Origin: Carcharhinus longimanus
Taxonomy: Eukaryota
Length of the DNA: 64,000 nucleotides
Reading direction: 5' to 3'
Assembly (NCBI GenBank): GCA_030264375.1
Contig: JASCQW010000109.1
Span: 51,639,263-51,703,262, forward strand
In this document: piece by piece, positions 24,640 to 37,900 of the stretch
Layout of the letters: each line of letters opens with the position of its first letter
Position numbering within the stretch: position 1 is the first letter of the stretch
Notes under the pieces: generated by a model
The model's database searches: none
What the model saw: only the letters and a program-made list of their open reading frames with translations
What the model was told of the DNA's origin: nothing
Program-made: the position numbers and the translations under genes

Positions 24640-25361
24640 ATTATATGTATAGCTTTCTTATGTTTAAGGGGAATCTAAAATATTTAGTTTCATTCTGCAG
24701 CTGGTCTGTACACCTGGAAGAAAGGTAGCTCCAATGCTGACAGAGCAGGATAACTATTCATTTCAGCCATGTAGTGTTTACTTACGATGTAGCGAAAGAA
24801 TTTTTGTTTGCAGTTGGAGATTTCCTCTGAGGTTTTTGATTAGGCTGATTAACCACATGATCCTGTCAATGTGCAGTGTTGGGCTGTAACAGAGAGAAAA
24901 ACTAAAACACTTGTTGTTGGAAATTTGATAAAGTTAGTGGCAAGTGCAGGCTATTCCTGAGAACTCTCTCCACAAAATCTCTCTGAAAGCGCTAAGATTC
25001 TTCACATAGTTTATAGCAAGTATGCCTGGGATTGCTTGCTGTATTTATTTCAAAGTGGTTTTGATCTATGTATGAATGGGGCTTATTTGGAACTGGAGCA
25101 GTAATAAGCTAGAAAATAAAGTTGCTTCCTTTCATTTTTAAATATTGCTCAACTATCAATAGTTAAGCTGCTTCATTTGGTAGATTTATATTTAAACTGT
25201 TATCAAATAAAGTTTGCTTTACTATAAAGATCTCTAATTTGTCAGCAGAATTACTCCTGGAGCAAACCATCTTTTCTTTACATTAATGCTAAAATAGATT
25301 TATTTTAGGGTTTAGTCTGGCTCCACAATATAACTTGAGGTTGTGGTCCACCACTGTAACA
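24640..25361 (+). mobile_element. Probable solo Gypsy LTR
   Basis: AATAAA-containing U5-like segment ending ...ggtccaccactgTAACA, similar in style to the LTR end at 52358. 5' boundary uncertain. Confidence 0.4.
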
Positions 25362-27699
25362 ATGCATTACAGTACTTTTCTAATGGAGAAAGTCCCATAA
25401 TGCCTTCAATATTGTAGAAAAATATGCTGGCATCATTCCAGTCTTATTTTGGATTGAGATTTAAATGTCTTTCACTTTGAAAAAGGTGTCTTGCCTTCGA
25501 ACATTAGAAATAAAATAAGTTAACTTGTTGGTCACTTGCACTATTGATGATACTTGGCTGCGTTCCAAAATGGTAACGTTCTCAACTTTATTGCCATAGT
25601 TGCTCATGTAGCATGGTTGACAGTTTTAAGAGATTGTAATAACAATCTGCCTTTGATATGCTTGCTTCATACATTGTTGCTTTTCACCTGCACTCTTTGC
25701 TTTAGCTTGGCTTGTGAGGACCGCACATAATGTAATTGGATGATTCGCTATGGAGGATACATGTGGGGCTTAGAGATGTGAGGGGACATGGAGGCAGCAG
25801 TAAGATACAAGGGGGCATGTAGAGTATGAGGGGCCATAAGGTCGGAGTGGGGAGGGGTGAAGTTTAGACATGAACTAATGTTGTACATTCATATATGAGG
25901 GACAGCATTTAAATTGGAAATAGAAAGGAGTCAAGGATAGAATTTTAGGAGATACCAAAGGTAACAATGTCAGAGTTGAACAGGGCTGAACAGTGCAGCA
26001 CTTAATTCTGTTCCTCCTGCTCCTAATTCAGCCATTGCTATTTTTGGCTTGCAGTAGAAACAGGCAACCAGAGTGCTTGCTTATTGTATCAGCAGGCTGT
26101 TTTCCAGGTGAAAATCATAGGATCCAGATGTAATTTTGAGGAGGCAATGTGCAAAGCTCACATCTTAAGGAAGTTGGGCCAGGCCACTCACAAAACAGCC
26201 TGCCATTTTTTTTTGTTTTAAATGCCTGTAGTTCTCTGACAGCTCATCCAGAAACATCTTTAAAATTGCTTCCCGCCCCCCCTCCCCCCCCCCACCCCCA
26301 TTTAAGGTGCAATTTGCCCTTGGTTCATCTGCAGTGGACCTGTTGGAACTGCCTCCTCATCACAACAGACAATCTGTTTCNNNNNNNNNNNNNNNNNNNN
26401 NNNNNNNNNNNNNNNNNNNNNNNNNNNNNNNNNNNNNNNNNNNNNNNNNNNNNNNNNNNNNNNNNNNNNNNNNNNNNNNNCAGACAATCTGTTTCACAAC
26501 CCTGGCAGAATACTTGCAGCTTTCCAATGACATAGAAATAACGCCCAGTTCTCAAAGTGACTCAAGCTTTTTGACGGTAACCAGGCAGGCAATGAGTGCA
26601 ATCGTTCCACCACCCACCCATCATCCGCTCAAAACGAAAAGTTTCACCCTCTCACATTAAAAGTGCTTTCCATGTCAGATTATTTTGTAATGCAAGAGTG
26701 AAAGAACCGAACAGAAAAGTGAATCGGCCTAAACAAGGCTTTTGTTCAGTTCCATGGGAACAGGCAACTGAAATCTGAGGAACACAGCACTTGTGTCTGG
26801 CACTGTTATAATGATGGAATCACTTGAACAGAGAGTACTTCATTAATTATCACATTACATCAAGAAATACGAGCCCTGTCCTGAAAATAGTTTATTTCCA
26901 GACAGTGAGGAAATCCAAAACAGTACAGGGCATGACAATTTGCATTTTCAGGATGATCTTATTCAAATATTTATAAGGCATTCAATGTTTGTGTTATGTT
27001 TATCATTACTGGCTGGTCACTAAGAATAGCTTGTTACTCATCGATTCNNNNNNNNNNNNNNNNNNNNNNNNNNNNNNNNNNNNNNNNNNNNNNNNNNNNN
27101 NNNNNNNNNNNNNNNNNNNNNNNNNNNNNNNNNNNNNNNNNNNNNNNNNNNNNNNNNNNNNNNNNNNNNNNNNNNNNNNNNNNNNNNNNNNTGGTGACCC
27201 TTCGAACTGGATTAGTAGGTCAAGCAGGAGAGCAGGAGTTTATTATGCTTTATTAGCATAAGGATCTAGAGGGTTAGGGGTTTGAAGTTGATTGATCTTT
27301 ACCTGTCTGCGAAATTCTCGATGTCAAACATTGAAAGCTGTGGCAGCCTGGAGGTGATGAAAAATGTCAGTTTCTGGAATGGGTAACGTGATATCGAGGC
27401 TGTAAGCATTCTAACAAGAACTGCAGAGGAGATATGGGCCATTTTATATTGACAATTAATCCACGACAATTTAAAATTATACAAAGCCCCTTTGAAGTAG
27501 ATAAGCATGCCTAGAGACACAGGGATATAAGAAAAAATGATGGACGTCCACCCAAAGATGGAGATATATGGTCCAAATGACAAAGAGATGGAGGAAATGA
27601 ATGAGGTAGAAATCCAGGTTCCTGGTCCAGCAACACCTCAATATGAGAGTTAAATCTGTTCGTATTTGTCATGGCTGTACCCTCCCTGTCTTCCTATCC

Positions 27700-28030
27700 T
27701 CTTCCTTAAAGCACCTCCCAAACTCTGGTTTCCTTCAAACTCTAACTTCTTCTGCAGCCTAGATTTCTTTCGCCCATATGCATGCCTGTGTATTCAGTTG
27801 TCTAGGACATTAAGCTGTTAATTTTTTTCTCAAACCTTTACCCTTCCCCTCCCGCCCCAAACCCCCGCCGCACCTTTTTTTAAGCATCTCCTTAAAAACC
27901 TGCTTTTTCACCAAGCATCTGATTCCCCTCTGTTCTAATGCATTCTTAAGTGGCTTGGTTGTTTGATAAAATTCCTGCAAAATGCCTTGGGAGGTTTTAC
28001 TGCATAAAGGTGCTTTATAAATGTAAGTTC
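27700..28030 (+). mobile_element. L2-type LINE 3' tail
   Basis: ctccttaaaaacctgctttttcaccaagc...gccttgggaggttttactgcataaaggtgctttataaatgtaagtt; related to 18250-18400. Confidence 0.6.
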
Positions 28031-28943
28031 TTAATGCATTTTAACTGAATTTACATTGTTTCTTCATTTAATTGGGAAATAATCTGATAACTACTCCTGC
28101 AATGTTTTTTTCTTAATAATAGAGTACATGTTTAAATTGCTGGGGGAGATAATGCCAACTCATGGGGTTCCTGTATTTCCTGAATAAAATGGGTGTTCGG
28201 CCTCTGAATTTTGCTTGGTAATCTATGGCACTTTACCATATGTGCGCCAGATATGATTCAGAATGAGCTTGCTAACATTATTATTAATGCAGAAGGTTAA
28301 ATTTCTTCCTCATTTTGTTTTTCCACGTTTTAAACCATTCAAATAATGAACCACCATGGAAAGTGATTAAATTACTACAAAGCATTGAAATATCCAGAAA
28401 ACTTACACTCTTCCATTTAGGACAAGTTATTACAAGCGATGTGATTTGACGCTATATCGAGCATTCTTGTAAGTCTCCCACCCTGAATGAGATTTCCTTC
28501 CTTTCTTTGTTATTTCTTTCCTACCATTATTTTTGCCAAAGAATAGAAACCTCTTTGGAACTTATAATTGCTTTTTCAAAATGTGACATAGCCAAGGATT
28601 CTCTTTATGTAAGTTCCATTGTGACTGTTGTCTTTTATCTGAGTGAAGGGTGGTTGTATTAAACAACCTTGAGCGAGTTTATCTATTTTCTTTAAATAGA
28701 TAGCTTTTTCGGTTTTGGGCAGTTTGCAAACATGCAACATTTTAATTCATGAACACAAATAGCTAAGCCCCACCTTACATTGTAAATGATTAATATCCTG
28801 GTTTAATACCCTGAACTCATTTGTAACCCTGCAGGTATATTGCATGGTGTGTTATTGAGCTAAGTCGACCACGAATGTGCCAATCTGATCCCTGCTTTGC
28901 TCTGTTACTTAGCTGAAGCCAGGGTAGCAGTTCTGACATTGAG

Positions 28944-29153
28944 AATCGTAGAATCCATATGTGCAGAAAGAAACCATTTGGTCCATTGAGTCTCCACCAC
29001 CTCTTTGAAAGAGCATTCCACCCAGGCCCTCCCCCTCATTCTAACCCTGTGATCCCACACATTTACCATGGCCAATCCACCTCACCTGCACATCTTTGGA
29101 CACTAAGGGGCAATTTAGCAATCACCAATCCACATAACCCACACATCTTTGGA
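28944..29153 (-). mobile_element. HE1-like SINE 3' half
   Basis: Reverse-complement tail and cactaaggggcaatttagca...cctgcacatctttgga motifs. Confidence 0.7.
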
Positions 29154-29409
29154 GTCTTCACTATGTTCTGTTCCATTCTGTTTTGCCTCAAAAGCAAACA
29201 GGGCTGGCTCCCAAGGAATCTCCATATCTAGGCCTCTTTACATTGTGCAGCAAGTATACTTAGAAGCAAATAATAGGGTTGGCCCTGTTCTACCAAGTCA
29301 GTAAATGTGGCCCCTCAATGGATTTTTCAATTATAATACATATACCACATTGCAGCGTTTCTCACCTAAGAACGGATCAGTAACCATGTAAACAAGGATC
29401 ACATTTTTA

Positions 29410-30420
29410 TAGATTATAGGATTGTACACCTCAGTGAAAACCAGTCAACTATTGTGGTTTTGCTGGTCCTTTGAAAGAGCTATGTAAATAGTTTCTCTGC
29501 TCTGGTCTGTAAACATTTCCCCAAATATCCAATTTCCTTTTGAAAGTTAGTACTAAATCAGTTTCTCTGTTCAACTTTTCAGGTTGTGCTTTTCAGATCG
29601 TAACCACCTGCTGCGTGTTCCAACGGGTCTCAGACTCTTTCGCAAGTTATGTGAAAATTGTTTCCTCTGGTTCTGCCATGCTTTTCAAATCAAACAAACT
29701 GAGGGACAAAATAAAAGGGACAGCCCCTAAAAGGTAGGTTGGGGGGTGGGGGTGGGGGGGTAGAATCGGCACAGAAACAAAAAGCCAAGTGTAAAAGAAA
29801 CTTAAAATATCAAAGCAAAAGATGATTAAAGCATTTTGTGTTTACTTATTTTGTTAAAATTGTCATTTCAGTTGCCTCTGTCAAATGTCCCTTTAGCCTT
29901 CTCTTCAGTAAGGGGAACCATTCCAGCTTCTCTACTGCCTTTTTGTGACTGAACTTCTGCAACTCCGGTACAATTCCGTTACACCACCTCTGCACCCTCT
30001 TTACTGCCTTGACATACTTTCCAAAGTGTGACACCTAGAATGGGATCTCTCCAATGATTTATCAAGGATTAGAATATGTCCCTTGTTTTTGCACTCTATG
30101 CCACAGTTAATAAAGTCAAGGATCCCATATACTTAAATTACCATCTCACTTCATTCTGTTACCAACAATTTGTCTACGTATTATGGTACATGTACCACAT
30201 TGCAGTGTTTCTCACCTAACAAGGGATCAATAACTATGTAAACAAGGGTTACATCTTTATAAATTATAGGATTATACACAGACAATTTGTCTATGTACAT
30301 TCCCTTTAAAATTATATAAGTCAGTCATTGTTTTTCATCATTCTTCCCACCAAAGTGCAACATTTCACAGCCCTTTACATTAAATCACATCTGCTGTGCA
30401 TTTGCCCATTTTGCTAATGT
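29410..30420 (-). mobile_element. Highly degenerate CR1 3' region
   Basis: Minus ORF SHFGKYVKAVKRVQRWCNGIVPELQKFS...KRRLKGHL. Confidence 0.6.
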
Positions 30421-33400
30421 TCAGTCAGGAGTTATATATTCACAGCAGCAATCTAATTATACAATGCTTAATGCAATGTTCGGAGAATATGTAGAATGTT
30501 GGAGGTTGAAAAATGATCAAGGACGCACTAAATTTCTATAACCTTGAAGTAAGGGTGTCACACTGCCTTCAGAGATAATGCTGAAACATTTCTTCAAAGG
30601 GGTGAAGCACAATTGAGAATCCTTGCCTGTTAAGTTCAAAGTTAACATTAGCGGTTCGCAATATTAGTGGGGGACGTGGTATGATACTGTTTGAGAGTCA
30701 GTGCTGACTCAATGGGCTGAATGGCCTCCTTCTGCACTGCAGGGATTCTATGGTTCTATGAATTTACTGTCACTGTATTCATATGGTATAGAGACCATAC
30801 TAATGAGGGCTGAGACAATCACTGAAATTAATTTATAGTCTGCAGTGTCACAGATAACTAATGGGATATTTTCTTGTCAAATTAATATGTTGTTGTTAAA
30901 GTACAATTTATGCACTCTGATTTGTTCAGTAGCTTTTATGGGATCACCAATAGGGCAAAAAACAAAGTAACACTGCATTATATCATTACTGCTCTTTACA
31001 TTAATAGCCCATGCTGCATGGACATCAGGCAATTTATGTAATCAATATCAACAATGGTGAACGAGCAGTCAAAAACTGTTTGGTGAAATATCATGCACAA
31101 ATGAAGAGCGGATTAACGTTGGGGTGGGGATGCAGGGAGCTGAGTAAGCAGCTCAGAAACACGAGCAATGCCAGGGCCCACACTGTCTCTCCCTGGTCCT
31201 GTACGTCAATGACATCAGCCTGTCATGTGTAAGTCTATTAGGAGAGAGGTTGGTACACCATGCTCGAAGCAACAGGCCTACTTGATAACCTTTTTTAGAT
31301 GTATTACTAATAACCATGCATTCCACAAGCACCAGATCAGTGCATCCAGTAACCAAGAGCCACGGCAGGAGTCCACAGAGGAACAATCCATAAAATGCAT
31401 AATTTTTTAAAGATGCATCTTTATAGGAAAAAAGAGCCACAATCTATTATCCAATGCTTAATGCAGTGTGGCTATGTAATACGTGGAATGATTCTTTCCT
31501 TCAATTATAATGTCATAACATTTCCTCCACCTATAGGGATATTATCATTAGCTCAATGGTCCGTCGTGTTGGTGGTTGGGGGGGGGGGCAAAGGTCANNN
31601 NNNNNNNNNNNNNNNNNNNNNNNNNNNNNNNNNNNNNNNNNNNNNNNNNNNNNNNNNNNNNNNNNNNNNNNNNNNNNNNNNNNNNNNNNNNNNNNNNTTT
31701 GCTATCTGTTTTTATATTCTGAGCTAGTTTACTCTCATTATCCATCTTACTTTTCTTCATAGCTCCTATAATCAAGCAGTCAATATTTGATACCCATTTG
31801 ATTGAAGTTCTAGAAAGACAGTAGATTTCCCATGCAATTTCTTCCTCAACAGAAATCACAGCCATTTGTAGTGTGGTTAAACTTGTGCAGAACTTCTGGG
31901 ACAACATTTCAGTCCCCAAGCAAATAATTACAACAAAAAGACAAGTGGGAATTACTAACGGAAGTAATCTCATCACAAGATCATATGAAGTCATTTATAT
32001 CGAGATCATTTTCATATAATGAGCCCCATCATCTGTGAGGAATTTTCACACTGCAAAACAATCCTCCATTCTTCAGTGTGTTGAAGCACCAATGCCCTCA
32101 GTCACCATATTTTGCTGTCACTAAAGCATAACATGAGACAATTAGCTTGGTTCAAATCCCATGGTAAGGACAGTTTGCGCAAGTAATGAGCTAATTTCTA
32201 TCATTGCTACTTGTAATATCCTAAATGTTATCAGTAAACTAAGTAACAGGACTTTTTTAAAGATCTGTTTGAATTAGGGGAAGGGTGATTGAATTCACAA
32301 GAAATACATTTATTATAACTGTAAGAAAGGAGGCACAAACCTATAGCTTAAGGCAATTGCATGTAGCAAAGTACAATTAATAATAATAAAACAGCCTCCC
32401 TCTATTCCAGTGTAGAAATAGGTTGCTTTTTCCATAAGCAACGTTTAACTGACACTTAAGCATTCACAATTGAAAAAAAAACATTTATACATTATATTGT
32501 AATTTGTTGTACTAGAATGCATTTAAAATGCACATTGCAATAAATCTCCAAGTTATTTTAGAGGTCACACATTAACAACTTGCACAGAAAGAATCAAGTC
32601 ATAACTTCAACATTCCTGAAGAAATTTTAATTTAGCAGATACAAGAGGTATTATCCTTAATGGCTTATGTAGCTTTGCATTGATGAGAAATATGTTATAT
32701 GTGGTGCACTAACAGCTTGAAGTGTATTTTTTAAAAATATAATTTCACCACAACCTGGTTTTACAGAAGAGCACATGTATGTTCTGCATACGTCTACACA
32801 GCTTGCTGTTTTCTGGAAGTTATTACAAGTTAGATTGTTGCTCTCAGCAAAATGGAGTAATTCCAGTATAAATGTGTGGCCGGATGTTATTCTATGTTAA
32901 TGTTAGGTTATTTCAAGGAAAGGATGCCTTATTAATGGAACAATCCCGGTTTTGTCACTGCAAATCAGGAAAAGTTTGATTTGTTGGAAAATTTCTCAAA
33001 AGGCCAAAACTGCATGGCAGTTAGCCTGTCAACTGTAATTATAAGCCATTTATTCCTAAGAATGTTCTGAATGATTCATTAATCCATAGCAATTTAACTC
33101 AGTCACATTTTGACAAAACTGCTTTTAAGTTGTTTTATGTTGGTCTCTGCAAGAGGCAAAGTGCACATAATGGAGGATTAGTACTACTTTATCAGGCAAG
33201 CTGTACATGAAAAGTTAATTTTGAGATTCTTTTAAAGTTCTCCCTCTGTCCCATTTCCCACTTGCATTCCTGAACATGGTGACTCATGGCTCATCCTGTG
33301 CCAGTACTCAATTGAAATATCATTTATGTGTAAGCAGAGACAAACTGTTAGCAAGTTCTTCAACAGTGCAAAACAGGAATCACAATTGAGCGGAACATAT

Positions 33401-33464
33401 ATGTGCACTTTCCAGTAGTATTTGCTGGATAGAATAATTCACATGTTGGATCCCTGGGTGTTTT

Positions 33465-33712
33465 GGGGCAGCACAGTAGTTAGTACTGCTGTTTCACAGT
33501 GTCAGGGAGCTGGGTTCGATTCCCAGCTTAGTTTACTGTGTGGAGTTTGCACATTGTCTATGTGGGTTTCCTCCCACATTCTGAAAGATGTGCTGGTTTG
33601 GTGCATTGACCTAAACAAGTACTAGACTGTGGCGAGTAGGGGAATTTCACAGCAGCTTCACTGCAGTGTTAATGTAAGCCTTACTTGGTGACTAATAAAT
33701 AAACTTTAACTT
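33465..33712 (+). mobile_element. V-SINE, second subfamily
   Basis: Head ggggcagcacagtagttagtactgc...gggttcgattccc; tail gcagtgttaatgtaagcc...aataaataaac. Confidence 0.8.
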
Positions 33713-34057
33713 TTCAGTTCCCCTCAGCTCAATGTATACTAGGATGATCTGTAGAATTTCCGGCTCCACTCTGGCCATCAATTAGCCGAATGGAGAGTAG
33801 CGAAAGCCATATACATGCAAAGTGTGACAAACTTCTAATTATCAGCAGTTAAATTCAACTGTCAAGTGCTTGAAACAGTTGAAGATAAAGTTGAGGGGTT
33901 GAGTTCAGAGAACTGTTGTGTCAGTAAAGTGAACCTGATGACTGATGGGACAGATCCACTGTGGCGCAGGGAAGAGGGTAGGAAATAAGTTCTTGTAATG
34001 CAAATTATTGAGAAATTGGGCATAATTACTTTTGGCTTAAGCAATTTTCCCAAAGTG

Positions 34058-34347
34058 GCAAAGTTTATTTATTAATGTCACAAGTAGTCTTGCATTAACA
34101 CTGCAATGAAGTTACTGTGAAAATCCCCTAGTTGCCACACTCTAGCACCTGTTTGGGTACACTGAAGGAAAACTTGGATGGCCAGTGCACCTAACCAGCA
34201 CATCTCTCAGACTGTGAGAGGAAACTGGAGCACCCAGAGGAAACCTACGCTGAAACAGGGAGAAATTACAGACTCCACACAGACAGTGACCCTAGCTGGG
34301 AATCAAACCACGTCCCTGGCACTACAAGGCAGTGGTGTTAACCACTG
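34058..34347 (-). mobile_element. V-SINE, second subfamily
   Basis: Reverse complement of the same tail and V-domain. Confidence 0.85.
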
Positions 34348-34934
34348 TCTACAGAAATCACAAGCGAAGCATATTTTTACTGTGTCAGTTATGTGATGTA
34401 AAAATTGCATTAGTAACTTTATTGTAGCAGAGCTCGATAGATAAACTGGTCATGTTTGGGCTCATTTGCAACTTCAGTAGGCTATAAAAGTTGCAATCCA
34501 TCTTCATGACTGCCAGTAAACTGCATAACTGGATATTTAATAGCGCATTTAAAATGCATAAGAAGACGCTTTCTATTGTTTAATATGTACTGTCAGCTGA
34601 TGCCCAAGCTTCAAGGCGTCTCTGCCCTTTGGCAAATGCTGGTTATATTTTGTATGTTGCATCGATTCAAAAGATTTGTGCAAAATAAATTAACTTCACT
34701 TCAGCAACGTTAGGCCTACTACAGTTAACCTTATCACTTTAGGATTAAAAACAGGGAACAATCCTTTCATTCCTGCTGAAAAGCATGTCTAAAAAAGGTA
34801 ACAATTGCAAGTGTAGGATTGAGTTTAGTTACATATGTTCCCATATTAAGTTAGCTTACTGGCACACATCATTGTAACCTCCAAGAAGAGGTTACAAAAC
34901 CAAGATGGAGAAATGAAACACCAAGGCAAATAAA

Positions 34935-37900
34935 GTAGTTTTGTGTTCATGGCTTTATTCTTATTCCCTAGCAGTATTAGTAACACTTACACAATTTTTT
35001 TAGGAAACAAACAAAAGATGGAGGAAAACAGAATAATCTGTAGCACAATGTAAAGGGCATACAGAAACTACACAGTTAAATCCTGAAAGTTTGTAGATTA
35101 CACTGTAAATGTGGTAAAACACAAGAACTGTATACGTAGTGTATATTGTCGTCTACAATCAGAAATGAGGGGATATTTTAAAAAACAGAGCAAAGTTCTT
35201 GTTTCTAGCAATATATATGATAAATATAGTCAAACACACAAATGTGGCTTTTTGATGCAAGATATGTGCATGCTCTACCCAAGTTAGCAAAAAATTTTCT
35301 GGCGTTCCAGCATAGTGCAATACAATGGCAATAGATTTAAAAAGAACACAGTTGATAAGCAGTTGAAAACATTGGCCCCATTTACACACCATTGCTGTGC
35401 AGATCCAACCTTCTGCTAATAGAATTAAAGGAAAATGATACCTTTGTTTAGACATCAAAATGTGGGAAATTGTTGTCATGCCTGAAGAATGGCCTGATTA
35501 TTTTGCTTGACAAACTTTACATGATTTTGACATATTATAGAAACAATGAAACCAAGTTATCATTTCTCTCCCCCTCCCATTGTACATATTGGTTATATTT
35601 TATGCGTTGCATGCATTCAAAAGAATTGTCCACATCCCTTTTGTGCTGATGGACTTCATGCGCAGCCATCCAGTTACAAGCCTTTGCCCTTAAGCTCCAC
35701 CAGCTCCATGAGGCATTGACAAGTTTACCCACTGAATGTTGGAACTTATGGTCAAAAGGCCAAAATTTGAAAATTGAGGATAAAAGCCAACTACTTCAAC
35801 AGATTTGATTCAATTATAACGCATTAATCCTGTCAACACTATAACCATGTAAACAGGTCAAATCCATTGTAGTCCAACTTGATTCCTTTAAAATCAAAGT
35901 TTTTCATTTGAAGATGATGCAAGGTTATTAAAATTTATGATTTGGAATATCTCATTAACAAGGGGATGATTGGTTTAAGTACTTTTCTCATGTCTGAAAT
36001 ACTAAATCCAGCATGTGATTTAGATGGCCCATCACACTCATGTTGCTCTCTCATATTGATCTTTGTTTTAGCCAAAAAAAATCAATGTTTTTAAAAGGGC
36101 TTCTCAATTATTTTGTGTGAAACAGACTGCAGGATGGTTGTTAACATTTTAGAAGTGCTAATCCAGCCAAGCATTTCAGATGTAACTCCAGTTGACTTGA
36201 AATTTATTGATAACCACCCAGTGTCTACAATCTACACACAACACACGTCCATAACACTGACACCAGTTATTCTGCTGGAGACAGTGTGCAACTTGATACT
36301 GTACAAAAATAATGCATTTCTATTCATCGAACACTAGAATATTTATGTTTAAACTAAAATGGTTTACAATCATTAAGTGCATCACTCAGTTCCACTTTTA
36401 TAGAATTGTGACCTCAGTTTCATTCACGAGCAAAAACAGAACAGGCTATAAGTATAACCTACAATAATTATTTCCACTCCATTGACAACATATAAAAGTC
36501 CTGTGTTAAAGCAGCAGAAGTCTCAATTAAGGCCAGGCTTTTAATAACTGGTACAATATATTTTAGGAGCTTGCCAGACTCTGGAAAATTCATTAGGAAA
36601 GGCATATTCACCTTTCGGGCTTAGGCACTTCCCAGGTTACTACCACAACTGGGATAAGGAGCCCATAAGGTATCTAATTTGTTACCACAACAGTAAAAGG
36701 TGTTGCTATATTAAGCATGGCAAATGAGGGTTGCTTCAGTCACATTACAACACACTGTCCTGGCTACACAAGTCAAATCAAGCTAAGATCATATATCATG
36801 AACTGGATTTTCAAAGCAGGTGGGACTTTAAAACTTCAGTCCTAGAGCTAGTCTTGGAATCCCAATGCTCCTGCTAGCATTTGAGGAGGTGAGAAATGAA
36901 AGCAACATAGCTTGGCCACAACGTTTGGACCCAGAATCCATCCAGGTGTTGTATGGTGAACAGCAATGACGATCCAATCCCATAACCTTTTAACCAAGTA
37001 AAGCAGACTACAAACTTTTCCCTTTAACTCAGCACAGTATAAGTGTGTTTGAATTCTTACTGTTCATGTCAATTAAACAGGAGGGCATTTTGTAGTACCA
37101 ATTACTACATGTACATTTTCCATACTGCTATCACCAAAAGTCCTGATCCAAAAATATCTTCCAGAGTTTTGCTATCTTATGCAGAAATCTGTATTTATAC
37201 CCATGAAGGGCAGATTCTGTAACTTTTTTTTTCCCTCTTAATTCAGTTTCTGTTGCAGGACACAATGATGTCTAACTGAAGTAGACAGATGGGGCAGTGG
37301 GGGATTTTAATACAAAAACCTTCAGGTCACTTAGGTATAGAGACAGCGAGAAATCACAGATCGCATCCACCTCCCAAGCTCGAGGCTGGTGCTTAGATTT
37401 CACTCAGTCCCTTTCTCCCTCCACCACCTGTATACATTCCAACACACACCAGATGATATTGTATACAATACAAGCAATATGTGAATGGTATCACACAGCT
37501 ACTATTTTAATGCATGCCTTTCTCTTTCAATCAAATTCAAACAAGTAGCAGAATTTGGCCTCCATATGACTTCACGTACCCTACATCATTCACAGCTTAC
37601 AAACAGAAAGACAGGCAAATTCATTTCAAAAGGTCTGGGATAAGGAAATCCAGGTGAAGTATTGAGCATGTGTAATGAAAAGTATGTGAAGGAACAGACA
37701 CAGAGGATAAAATAGCCTTGCAACCTGACGACTTCATTCCCTGCTCCTCAAAAATGGTGAAAATGATGATGAAACCAGTTCGAGGGCCATCTTATGCTTC
37801 ACTACAAAGGGGCAGATAGCCACTGCAATTCGTTTCTTTGCAATTGCTTGCTTTGTCACAGAAAAATCAGGAATTGGGCTGCTTACCCTCAGACAAAACT

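Noticed and set aside
1-34000. Expected syntenic SLC22A4/SLC22A5 exons downstream of PDLIM4
   Set aside because: No ORF or hand translation resembled an organic cation/carnitine transporter. Short exons or exons in gaps could have been missed.
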